64,000 nt of DNA, taken from contig CM082584.2 of assembly GCA_040954595.2 (NCBI GenBank), forward strand, positions 2,077,344 through 2,141,343, in the 5' to 3' direction. The notes below the pieces were generated by a model. It did not search any database. It was given only the letters and a program-made list of their open reading frames with translations, and was not told where the DNA came from. The DNA comes from Balanoglossus misakiensis. Lineage: Eukaryota; Animalia; Hemichordata. Positions 40,401-53,128 of the stretch are shown piece after piece; position 1 is the first letter of the stretch, and each line of letters begins with the position of its first letter. Made by a program: the position numbers and the translations under genes.

Positions 40401-43400
40401 TGACCCCATACTGGTCCATGTATAACAAAAACAAAACCTCTAGGTCTATTGGTTCATCTGTAATTAGGTATGTGCATATTTAATGAGGTCAGCAGAGGTC
40501 AAAGGGGTCATGAAAAGTAGCAAAATTTTTTGATCACATACAAATCCACATACATCAAAAACCAAAATGATAGCCTTAAAGGTTAGCCTGGAATTAGATA
40601 TGCAGAAAAATGATGCGTCAAAAGTAGGTCAAAGGTCATTGCCAAAATTACCAAAATTTTTATAGCTTATTCTTGTTATATGATGATTCATATCCATAAA
40701 AAGAATTTCTGTGCTATCAATTTTTAGGCTAGAAAGGGACTTTTTACTTTTTAATCGTTTTTCACAAAATCCAATATGGCCGCCATAATCTTCGACCAAT
40801 CACATTCCTCTTCGCAAACTTGATAGACATCTGTTTATTGACCACACACACTAAATCTTGTGACTCAGTTATCGCCGGTTCTTGAGTAGAAGATTTTTGA
40901 AATTTTACTAGGGTTTTTCGAAAATCCAATATGGCCGCCATAATCTTCGACCAATCACAATGATCTTCGCAAACTTGATAGACCTCAGTTTGGTGACCAC
41001 ATTTCCCAAACCGCGTGACTCGGTTATCGTCGGTTCTGGAGAAGAAGATTTTTGAAATTTTGACCAGATTTCAGAAAAACAACTGTAGCAAAAAAACTGC
41101 AACATTGACAGCAAAATATCCAATTACAAAAATGATGGGCAGAAGGTACACTACCCGCACACCAAATCTGAAGTAAATCTGACTTGTAGTTTCTGAGATC
41201 TGAGATTTGCATTTTTTCAGAAAATCCAATATGGCCGCCATGTCACGTGACTAATTAAAAATTCAAGAGTTCAATGCACGACTACCCATTGACCTTGACC
41301 ACTGTAGCAAGTTTTAGAAGTGTACCTGCAGCGGTGTCTGAGATCTAGAGCGACAAAGAAATGACACAAGAAAAAAGAAAGAAAGACAGAATTAAAGCTG
41401 CAAGCAGCATTGTCCGGGCCCAAGCTCTATTATCTGATCTGATATTAGATATGCACATAATTAATGAGTAGAAACATAATGCTCTGTTTTATCCCATGAA
41501 ATATCAAGGTTATATCTATGTTTGGTGTTGATATAGTGTAAAGTAGGTCAAAGGTCTCCCAGGGGTCACCCACAATTTGGGCAGAAAATTTTGACCCATA
41601 GTGGTCAATGTCCAACAAAAACCAGACCTCTAGCCCGTTTGGTTAGCCTGGAATTAGGTATGCACATAAATAATGAATTAAGCAGGTGTCACAGGTGACC
41701 CAAAACTTTGGCTTTTCATTATGGCCCCATACCTCCAAACGCCAAGGCTGTATCTGCTGTGGATGTCGAGATATGCAAAAGTAGGTCAAAGGTCACCCAA
41801 GGTCACCCAACATTTGGGCAAAATATTTTGACCCCATACTGTATAACAAAAACAAAACCTCAAGGTCTATTGGTTCATCATTAATTAGGTATGTACATAT
41901 TTAATGAGGTCAGCAGAGGTCAAAGGGGTCATGAGAAGTAGCAAAATCTTTTGATCACATACAAATCCACATACATCAAAAACCAAACTTATAGCCCTAT
42001 TGGTTAGCCTGGAATTAGATATGCAGAAAAATGATGCGTCAAAAGTAGGTCAAAGGTCATTGCCAAAATTACCAAAATATTTATAGCTTATTCTTGTCAT
42101 ATGATGATTCATATCCATAAAAAGAATTTCTGTGCTATCAATTATTAGGCTAGAAAGGGAATTTTTACTTTTTAATCGTTTTTCACAAAATCCAATATGG
42201 CCGCCATAATCTTCGACCAATCACATTCATCTTCGCAAACTTGATAGACATCTGTTTAATGACCACACACACCAAATCTTGTGACTCGGTTATCGCCGAT
42301 TCTTGAGTAGAAGATTTTTCAAATTTTACTAGGGTTTTTCGAAAATCCAATATGGCCGCCATAATCTTGGACCAATCACTATGATCTTCGCAAACTTGAT
42401 AGACATCAGTTAGGTGACCACATACCCCAAACCCCGTGTCTCGGTTATCACCGGTTCTGGAGAAGAAGATTTTTGAAATTTAGGCCAGATTTCAGAAAAA
42501 AAATTGTAGCAAAAAAACGGCAACTTTGTCAGCATAATTTCCAATTACAAAAATGATGGGCAGAAGGTAGTCTACCAGCATGCCAAATTTGAAGTCGATC
42601 TGACTTGCAGTTTCTGAGATCTGAGATTTGCATTTTTTCAGAAAATCCAAGATGGCCGCCATGTCACGTGACTAATTAAGTATTCACAAGTCACTGCACA
42701 TCTACTCATTGACCTTGACCACTGTAGCAAGTTTGAGAACTGTACCTGCAGCGGTGTTTGAGATCTAGAGCGATAAAGAATGGAACCAAGAATAAAGAAA
42801 GAAAGAAAGACAGAAAAACCCCAGCGAAACCAATACGGGCCCAAGCCTGGCTTGGCTTGGGCCCGTAAAAACCCCAACGAAAGGCTAGTTATACTTTGCG
42901 AAACAACGAAACGGCGAAACGACGAAACCATTATTAAAATAGGGGCCAGTCATCAAGACGGTGGCGTATGATTTTTTAAAAAGTTTCCAAATTAAAACTT
43001 AAGCGAGCCAAGAAAACTACAGGTCAGATAAATTGTTTTCTCGGAAATTCAACATTAGAATCAAATTTGGCGTTGGAAACAAACGGCGGGTCGCCAGTTC
43101 CTGGTCTGCGGCCTGGTACTATGTAGTGGTAGAGTCGACGTCGTGTGCGCGCAAACGATTCATGCCAAACTGCTACATATACACAGTGAATATACGCGCG
43201 CGCACAACGAAACCACAAAAGATCGAAACCTCAAAATGCGGCAGCAACTGACACTATTTCCTTAAATACCACAAGGCGGGGAGGCATGAATTGCAATTAA
43301 GATAATAAAGAAATTTCGACAATGATACTGTGTTGTGTGAGTTACATGTGTTTCTATATATAACTACTACTCTTACCCCCCATCAGTGTTTGACCCTCGA

Positions 43401-46400
43401 AAGCTTACGGACACTACTGCTTTGTTTCAACTAATCCTTAGCCCTGTGAATATACTCGTACATTGACCTTTTGGGGCGGGATTCTTTTTTGGCGCGCAAC
43501 CACTAGTACCAGGCCGCAGACCAGGAACTTATTTGGAAACTTTAAAAAAAATCATACGCCGCCGTCTTGATGACTGGCCCCTATTTTAATAATGGTTTCG
43601 TCGTTTCGCTGTTTCGTTTCGCTGTTTCGTTGTTTCGCAAAGTATAACTAGCCCAACGAAACCAATAGGGCCCAAGCGCTGGTATGCGCTTGGGCCCTAA
43701 TTAAAGCTGCAAGCAGCATTGTCCGGGCCCAAGCTCTATTATCTGATCTGATTATTAGATATGCACATAATTAATGAGTAGAAACATAATGCTGTGTTTT
43801 ATCCCATTAAATATCAAGGTTATATCTATGTTTGGTGTTGATATAGTGTTAAGCAGGTCAAAGGTCACCCAGAGGTCACCAACAATTTGGGCAGAAAATT
43901 TTGACCCATAGTGGTCCATGTCCAACAAAAACCAAAACTCTAGCTCTATTGGTTTACGTGTAATTAGGTATGTGCATATTTAATGAGGTCAGCAGGTGTC
44001 ACTGGTGACCCAAAAATTTGGCTTTTCATTATGGCCCCAAACCTCAAAACGCCAAGGCTGTATCTGCTTTGGATACCGAGAAATGCGAAAGTAGGTTAAA
44101 GGTCACCTGAGGTCACCCAAAATTTGGGCAAATTATTTTGACCCCATACTGATCAATGTCCAAAAAAGACCAAACCTCTAGGTCTATTGGTTCATCTGTA
44201 ATTAGGTATGCGCATATTTAATGAGGTCAGCAGAGGTCAAAGGGGTCATGAAAAGTAGCAAAATTTTTTGATCACATACAAATCCACATACATCAAAAAC
44301 CAAACTTATAGCCCTATTGGTTAGCCTGGAATTAGATATGCAGAAAATTGATGCGTCAAAAGTAGGTCAAAGGTCATTGCCAAAATTACCAAAATATTTA
44401 TAGCTTATTCTTGTTATATGATGATTCATATCCATGAAAAGAATTTCTGTGCTATCAATTTTTAGGCTAGAAAGGGAATTTTTACTTTTTAATCGTTTTT
44501 CACAAAATCCAATATGGCCGCCATAATCTTCGACCAATCACATTCCTCTTCGCAAACTTGATAGACATCTGTTGAATGACCACACACACAAAATCTTGTG
44601 ACTCGGTTATCGCCGGTTCTCGAGAAGAAGATTTCTGAAATTTTACTATGGTTTTTCGAAAATCCAATATGGCCGCCATAATCTTCGACCAATCACAATG
44701 ATCTTCGCAAACTTTATAGACATCAGTTAGGTGACTACATACCCCAAACCCCGTGTCTCGGTTATCACCGGTTCTGGAGAAGAAGATTTTTGAAATTTAA
44801 GCCAGATTTCAGAAAAAAAATTGTAGCAGAAAAACTGCAACATTGACAGCATAATTTCCAATTACAAAAATGTTTGACAGAAGGTAGTCTACCTGCACGC
44901 CAAATTTGAAGTGGATCTGACTTGTAGTTTCTGAGATCTGAGATTTGCATTTTTTCAGAAAATCCAAGATGGCCGTCAGGTCATGTGACTAATTAAAAAT
45001 TCATGGGTTCAATGCACGACTACTCATTGACCTTGACCACTGTAGCAACTTTGAGAACTGTACCTGCAGTAGTGTCTGAGATCTAGAGCGACAAAGAAAT
45101 GACAGAAGAATAAAGAAAGAAAGAATTAAAGCTGCAAGCAGCATTGTCGGGCCCAAGCGCTGATCTTGAATTATATATGCACAGTATGAATGAGAAAAAA
45201 CAGAATTTTCTATCGTATGTATTATCTGATGACATAACAAGGATGTGTGTATTTTTGCTGCTGAAATAGGGTGAAGTAGGTCAAAGGTCACCAGAGGTCA
45301 CGCAACATTTGGGCAAAAAATTTTGATCCCATACTGGTCCATGTCCAACAAAAAACAAAACTCTAGCTCTATTGGTTCGCCTGTAATTAGGTATGTGCAT
45401 ATTTAATGAGGTCAGCAGGTGTCACAGGTGACTCAAAAATGTGGCTTTACATTTTGGTCCCATCCTACCAAATGCCATGGCTGTATCTGCTCTGGATGCT
45501 GAGATATGCGAAAGTAGGTCAAAGGTCACCAGAGGTCACGCAACATTTGGGCAAACATTTTTGATCTCATACTGGTCTGTGTCCAACAAAAACCAAACCT
45601 CTAGCTCTATTGGTTCGCCTGTAATTAGCTATGCACATAATTAATGAGGTCAGCAGAGGTCAAAGGGGTCATGAAAAGTAGCAAAATATTTTGATCACAC
45701 ACTAATCCACATTCATCAAAAACCAAACGTCTAGCCCTATAGGTTAGCCTGGAATTAGATATGCAGAAATACTAACGCGTGATAAGTAGGTCAAAGGTCA
45801 TGTGAAAAATCGCCAAAAAATTGTAACATATTTTAGTCACATGACGATTGATATCCATAAAAAGAATTTGTATGCTATCAATTTTTAGACTAGAAAAAGG
45901 AATTTCAATTTTTCACTGCTTTTTACAAAATCCAATATGGCCGCCATAATCTTCGACCAATCACAATGCTCTTTGCAAACTTGATAGACATCAGTGTAGT
46001 GACCATACTCCCCGAATCTTGCGACTCAGTCATCGCCCGTTCTGGAGAAGAAGATTTTTGGAGTTTAACTATGGTTTTTCTAAAATCCAATATGGCCGCC
46101 ATAATCTTCGACCAATCACAATGATCTTCGCAAACTTGATAGACATCAGTTAGGTGACCACATACCCCAAACCCTGTGTCTCGGTTATCACTGGTTCTGG
46201 AGAAGAAGATTTTTGAAATTTAAGCCAGATTTCAGAAAAAAAATTGTAGCAAAAAAACTGCAACATTGACAGCAAAATTTCCAATTACAAAAATGATGGG
46301 TAGAAGGTAGTCTACCTGCATGCCAAATTTGAAGTCGATCTGACTTGTAGTTTCTGAGATCTGAGATTTGATTTTTTTCAGAAAATCCAATATGGCCACC

Positions 46401-49400
46401 AGGTCACGTGACTAATTAATTATTCACAAGTCACTGCACATCTACTCATTGACCTTGACCACTGTGGCAAGTTTGAGAAGTGTACCTGCAGTAGTTTCAG
46501 AGATCTCGTTGGCCGAAGAAATTGACACAAGAAAAAAGAAAGAATTAAAGCTGCAAGCAGCATTGTCCGGGCCCAAGCACTATTATCTGATCTGATGCTA
46601 ATACAGTGTTAAGTAGGTCAAAGGTCACCCAAGGTCACCAACATTTGGGCAAAATATTTTGACCCCATACTGGTCCATGTATAACAAAAACAAAACCTCT
46701 AGGTCTATTGGTTCATCATTAATTAGGTATGTGCATATTTAATGAGGTCAACAGAGGTCAAATGGGTAATGAAAAGTAGCAAAATTTTTTGATCACATAC
46801 AAATCCACATACATCAAAAACCAAACTTATAGCCCTATTGGTTAGCCTGGAATTAGATATGCAGAAAAATGATGCGTCAAAATTAGGTCAAAGGTCATTG
46901 CCAAAATTACCAAAATATTTATAGCTTATTCTTGGCATATGATGATTCATATCCATTAAAAAGAATTTCTGATCTATCAATTTTTAGGCTGGAAAGGGAA
47001 TTTTTACTTTTTAATCGTTTTTCACAAAATCCAATATGGCCGCCATAATCTTCGACCAATCACATTCATCTTCGCAAACTTGATAGACATCTGTTTAATG
47101 ACCACACACACCAAATCTTGTGACTCAGTTATCGCCGGTTCTTGAGAAGAAGATTTTTGAAATTTTACTAGGGTTTTTCGAAAATCCAATATGGCCGCCA
47201 TAATCTTCGACCAATCACAATGATCTTCGCAAACTTGATAGACCTCAGTTTGGTGACCACATACCCCAAACCGCGTGACTCGGTTATCGCCGGTTCTGGA
47301 GAAGAAGATTTTTGAAATTTTGACCAGATTTCAGAAAAAAAATTGTAGCAAAAAAACTGCAACATTGACAGCAAAATATCCAATTACAAAAATGATGGGC
47401 AGAAGGTACACTACCAGCACACCAAATCTGAAGTAAATCTGACTTGTAGTTTCTGAGATCTGAGATTTGCATTTTTTCAGAAAATCCAATATGGCCGCCA
47501 TGTCACGTGACTAATTAAAAATTCAAGAGTTCAATGCACGACTACCCATTGACCTTGACCACTGTAGCAAGTTTGAGAAGTGTACCTGCAGCGGTGTCTG
47601 AGATCTAGAGCGACAAAGAAATGACAGAAGAATAAAGAAAGAAGAAAGAAAGAAAGACAGATTAAAGCTGCAAGCAGCATTGTCCGGGCCCAAGCTCAAT
47701 TATCTGATCTGATAATTAGATATGCACATAATTAATGAGTAGGAACATAATGCTGTGTTTTATCCCATGAAATATCAAGGTTATGTTTGGTGTTGATATA
47801 GTGTTAAGTAGGTCAAAGGTCACCCAGAGGTCACCCACAATTTGGGCAGAAAATTTTGACCCATAGTGGTCCATGTCCAACAAAAACCAGATCTCTAGCC
47901 CTTTTGGTTAGCCCGAAATTAGGTATGCACATAAATAATGAGTTAAGCAGGTGTCACAGGTGACCCAAAACTTTGGCTTTTCATTATGGCCCCATACCTC
48001 CAAACGCCAATGCTGTATCTGCTATGGATGTCAAGATATGCAAAAGTAGGTCAAAGGTCACCCGAGGTCACCCAACATTGGGGCAAAATATTTTGACCCC
48101 ATACTGGTCCATGTATAACAAAAACAAAACCTCTAAGTCTATTGGTTCATCTGTAATTAGGTATGTGCATATTTAATGAGGTCAGCAGAGGTCAAAGGGG
48201 TCATGAAAAGTAGCAACATTTTTTGATCACATACAAATCCACATACATCAAAAACCAAACTTATAGCCCTATTGGTTAGCCTGGAATTAGATATGCAGAA
48301 AAATGATGCGTCAAAAGTAGGTCAAAGGTCATTGCCAAAATTACCAAAATATTTATAGCTTATTCTTGTCATATGATGATTCATATCCATAAAAAGAATT
48401 TCTGTGCTATCAATTTTTAGGCTAGAAAGGGAATTTTTACTTTTTAATCGTTTTTCACGAAATCCAATATGGCCACCATAATCTTCGACCAATCACAATG
48501 CTCTTTGCAAACTTGATAGACATCTGTTTAATGACCACACACACCAAATCTTGTGACTCAGTTATCGCCGGTTCTTGAGAAGAAGATTTTTGAAATTTTA
48601 CTAGGTTTTTTTTAAAATCCAATATGGCCGCCATAATCTTCGACCAATCACAATGATCTTCGCAAACTTGATAGACATCAGTTAGGTGACCACATACCCC
48701 GAACCGCGTGACTCGGTTATCGCTGGTTCTGGAGAAGAAGATTTTTGAAATTTTGACCAGATTTCAGAAAAACAACTGTAGCAAAAAAACTGCAACATTG
48801 ACAGCAAAATATCCAATTACAAAAATGATGGGCAGAAGGTACACTACCAGCACACCAAATCTGAAGTAAATCTGACTTGTAGTTTCTGAGATCTGAGATC
48901 TGCATTTTTTCAGAAAATCCAATATGGCCGCCATGTCACATGACTAATTAAAAATTCAAGAGTTCAATGCACGATTACCCATTGACCTTGACCACTGTAG
49001 CAAGTTTGAGAAGTGTACCTGCAGCTGTGTCTGAGATCTAGAGCGACAAAGAAATGACACAAGAATAAAGAAAGAAAGAAAGAATTAAAGCTGCAAGCAG
49101 CATTGTCCGGGCCCAAGCTCTATTATCTGATCAGATTATTAGATATGCACATAATTAATGAGTAGAAACATAATGCTGTGTTTTATCCCATGAAATATCA
49201 AGGTTATATCTATGTTTGGTGCTGATATAGTGTTAAGTAGGTCAAAGGTCATCTTAGGTCACCCAAAATTTGGGCAGAAAATTTTGACCCATAGTGGTCC
49301 ATGTCCAACAAAAACCAGACCTCTAGCCCTTTTGGTTAGCCCGGAATTAGGTATGCACATAAATAATGAGTTAAGCAGGTGTCACAGGTGACCCAAAACT

Positions 49401-50856
49401 TTGGCTTTTCATTATGGCCCCATACCTCCAAACGCCAAGGCTGTATCTGCTGTGGATGTCGAGATATGCAAAAGTAGGTCAAAGGTCACCCGAGGTCATC
49501 CAAAATTTGGGCAAAATTTTTTGACCCAATACTGGTCCATGTCCAACAGAAACCAAACCTCTAGCTCAATTGGTTCGCCTGTAATTAGCTATGCACATAA
49601 TTAATGAGGTCAGCAGAGGTCAAAGGGGTCATGAAAAGTAGCAAAATATTTTGATCACACACTAATCCACATGCATCAAAAACAAAATGTCTAGCCCTAT
49701 AGGTTAGCCTGGAAATAGATATGCAGAAATAATAATGTGTGAAAAGTAGGTCAAAGGTCATGTGAAAAATCGCCAAAAATTTGTAACATATTGTAGTCAT
49801 ATGACGATTGATATCCATAAAAAGAATTTGTATGCTATTAATTTTTGTACTAGAAAAAGGAATTTTAATTTTTCACTGCTTTTTACAAAATCCAATATGG
49901 CCGCCAAAATCTTCGACCAATCACATTCCTCTTCCCAAACTTGATAGACATCTGTTTAATGACCACACACACCAAATCTTGCGACTCGGTTATCGCCGGT
50001 TCTTGAGAAGAAGATTTTTGAAATTTTACTAGGGTTTTTCGAAAATCCAATATGGCCGCCATAATCTTCGACCAATCACAATGGTCTTCGCAAACTTGAT
50101 AGACATCAGTTAGGTGACCACATACCCCAAACCCCGTGTCTCGGTTATCACCGGTTCTGGAGAAGAAGATTTTTGAAATTTAAGCCAGATTTCAGAAAAA
50201 AAATTGTAGCAAAAAAACTGCAACTTTGTCAGCATAATTTCCAATTACAAAAATGATTGACAGAAGGTAGTCTACCTGCACGCCAAATTTGAAGTTGATC
50301 TGACTTGTAGTTTCTGAGATCTGAGATTTGCATTTTTTCAGAAAATCCAAGATGGCCGCCAGGTCATGTGACTAATTAAAAATTCATGGGTTCAATGCAT
50401 GACTACTCATTGACCTTGACCACTGTAGCAAGTTTGAGAACTGTACCTGCAGTGGTGTCTGAGATCTAGAGCGACAAAGAATTGACAGAAGAATAAAGAA
50501 AGAAGAAAGAAAGAAAGAAAGAAGGAAAGACAGAAAAACCCCAACGAAACCAATAGGGCCCAAGCGCTGGCTTGCGCTTGGGCCCTAAAAACCCCAACGA
50601 AACCAATAGGGCCCAAGCGCTGGTATGCGCTTGGGCCCTAAAAAACCCCAACGAAACCAATAGGGCCCAAGCGCTGGTATGCGCTTGGGCCCTAAAGAAA
50701 AACCCCAACGAAACCAATAGGGCCCAAGCGCTTGCTTGCGCTTGGGCCCTAAAAACCCCAACGAAACCAATAGGGCCCAAGCGCTGGTATGCGCTTGGGC
50801 CCTAAAAACCCCAACGAAACCAATAGGGCCCAAGCGCTGGTATGCGCTTGGGCCCT
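37418..50856 (-). mobile_element. Minus-strand nest of HINE-like elements (8 heads, 9 tails) inserted within one plus-strand copy
   Basis: Minus heads starting at 50856, 50803, 50750, 50693, 50639, 50586, 43698, 42866; tails at ~49083, 47661, 46543, 45124, 43699, 41391, 40283, 38848, 37418. The host body breaks at CGATTAAAAAGA (37417) and resumes AAAATTCCCTTTC (50857). Confidence 0.88.
42883..43653. mobile_element. 771-bp MITE with ~110-bp TIRs and 8-bp TSD (GG...CC ends; Merlin- or MULE-like)
   Basis: TIR GGCTAGTTATACTTTGCGAAACAACGAAAC...GTTTCCAAAT mirrored at ~43530-43653; TSD CAACGAAA at 42875-42882 and 43654-43661; extra internal inverted pair ~43098/43500. Confidence 0.88.
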
Positions 50857-51667
50857 AAAAATTCCCTTTCTAGCCTAAAAATTGATAGCACAGAAATTCT
50901 TTTTATGGATATGAATCATCATATGCCAAGAATAAGCTATAAATATTTTGGTAATTTTGGCAATGACCTTTGACCTACTTTTGACGCATCATTTTTCTGC
51001 ATATCTAATTCCAGGCTAACCAATAGGGCTATTAGTTTGGTTTTTGATGTATGTGGATTTGTATGTGATCAAAAAATGTTGCTACTTTTCATGACCCCTT
51101 TGACCTCTGCTGACCTCATTAAATATGCACATACCTAATTACAGGTGAACCAATAGACCTAGAGGTTTTGTTTTTGTTATACATGGACCAGTATGGGGTG
51201 AAACTATTTTGCCCAAATGTTGGGTGACCTCGGGTGACCTTTGACCTACTTTTGCATATCTTGACATCCACAGCAGATACAGCCTTGGCGTTTGGAGGTA
51301 TGGGGCCATAATGAAAAGCCAAAGTTTTGGGTCACCTGTGACACCTGCTTACTCATTATTTATGTGTATACCTAATTCTGGGCTAACCAAAAGGGCTAGA
51401 TATCTGGTTTTTGTTGGACATGGACTACTATGGGTCACAATTTTCTGCCCAAATTGTGGGTGACCTCTGGGTGACCTTTGACCTACTTAACACTATATCA
51501 ACACCAAGCATAGATATAACCTTGATATTTTATGGGGTAAAACACAGCATTATGTTTCTACTCATGAATTATGTGCATATCTAATAATCAGATCAGATAA
51601 TAGAGCTTGGGCCCGGACAATGCTGCTTGCAGCTTTAATTCTTTCTTTCTTTCTTTCTTTCTTTTTT

Positions 51668-53128
51668 AGGGCCCAAGCCCAGCAGGCTTGGGCCCTATTG
51701 GTATTACTGGGGTTTTTCTTCTACTTCTTCTTCTTTTTCTTCTTCTGTCATTTTCTTTGGCGAGGTAGATCTGGAAAACTGCTAAACCTACCAATTTCAA
51801 ACTTGGCACAATGGTGCAGGCCAATGAGAGCTAGTGCAGTACCCTTGTGAATGTTTAATTAGTCACGTGACCTGATGACCATATATGGGCAAAATTTTCA
51901 AATCCGCCTTATTTGCATATGAATGGAGATATCACAATTCTTTTAGCAACTTTTGCGGACCATGTGGTCAGTGTCCTACATGCCAAATGTCAAGGCCATT
52001 GGCCATGCCAATTTTGAGAAGAAGATTTGTAAGTATTATTTTCCATATTTTTTGACCAAGCCATGGGCCTATACTTTACATAGTAAAGCTATGACCACAT
52101 ATTATTTTGGATAAATATGCATACATATCTCAAAATCTGTTAGGCCGATCATCTCCAACTTTGGTGTGCAGCAAGCCTAGCATTTGTCAATAATTTTAAG
52201 CAGAAAAAAATAATATGAAAAATCGACAGATTTTTTTATATTAATTTGTTTATTAAATTTATACCTTTGCTTATACCTCTATGGTTAAGCTATGTCCATG
52301 TCTTATTGTGGAATTCTGGTCAGTGCGATAGTCCTGTACAGTGAGTGTCTATTGGTCAGTGAGCACAATGGCACCAAAATAAAAGGCAAAATTTTAGGCT
52401 CACCTGTAACACCTGCTTAACTCATTAATTATGTGCATACCTAATTCTGGGCTAACTAAGAGGGCTAGATGTTTCGTTCTTGTGGGACATGGACCAGTAT
52501 AGGGCCAACATTTCTTGCCCAAATTTGGGGTGAACTCAGGTGACCTTTGACCTACTTTCCTATATCTCGGCATCCAGAGCAGGTACAGACTTGGCGTTTG
52601 GAGGGTTGGGACTAAAGTTGAAAAGCCAAAATAGGGGTCACCTGTGACACCTGCATATCTCATTAATTATGTGCATACCTAATTCCAGGCTAACCAATAG
52701 GGCTATAGGTTTTGTTTTTGTTGAACATGGACCAGTACAGGGTCAAAATTTCTTGCCCAAATTTTGCATGACCTCAGGTGACCTTTGACCTACTTAACCA
52801 GATCTTGGCATCGAGACCAGATACAGACTTGGCGTTTGGAGGGTTGGGACTAAAATTGAAAAGCCAAATTGGGGGGTCACCTGTGACACCTGCCTACCTC
52901 ATTAATTATGTGCATACCTAATTCCAGGTTAACCAATAGGGCTATAGGTTTGGTTTTTGTTGAACATGGACCAGTATAGGGTCAAAATTTCTTGCCCAAA
53001 TTTTGCATGAACTCAGGTGACCTTTGACCTACTTTACCATATCTTGGCATCCAGAGCAGATATGCTTATTGCTATGTTGCTATGTGCTATGTCGGCTTGG
53101 GCCCGCTATTGCTGCTTGCAGCTATATT
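51668..53128 (+). mobile_element. Divergent HINE-like family member
   Basis: Head AGGGCCCAAGCC-CAGCA-GGCTTGGGCCCT, (TTC)n microsatellite, largely unrelated 5' interior, related ~240-bp 3' repeats, tail GCTTGGGCCCGCTATTGCTGCTTGCAGCTATATTT. Confidence 0.82.

Noticed and set aside
50530-50856. CRISPR-like runs of ~53-bp palindromic repeats (also 18967-19250, 32722-33000, 55956-56170)
   Set aside because: No unique spacers, no cas genes, eukaryotic context; they are stacked 5' termini of nested elements.
37418-50856. Chromosomal inversion or misassembly
   Set aside because: Edges are exact element termini at an A-run and the flanking body rejoins colinearly.
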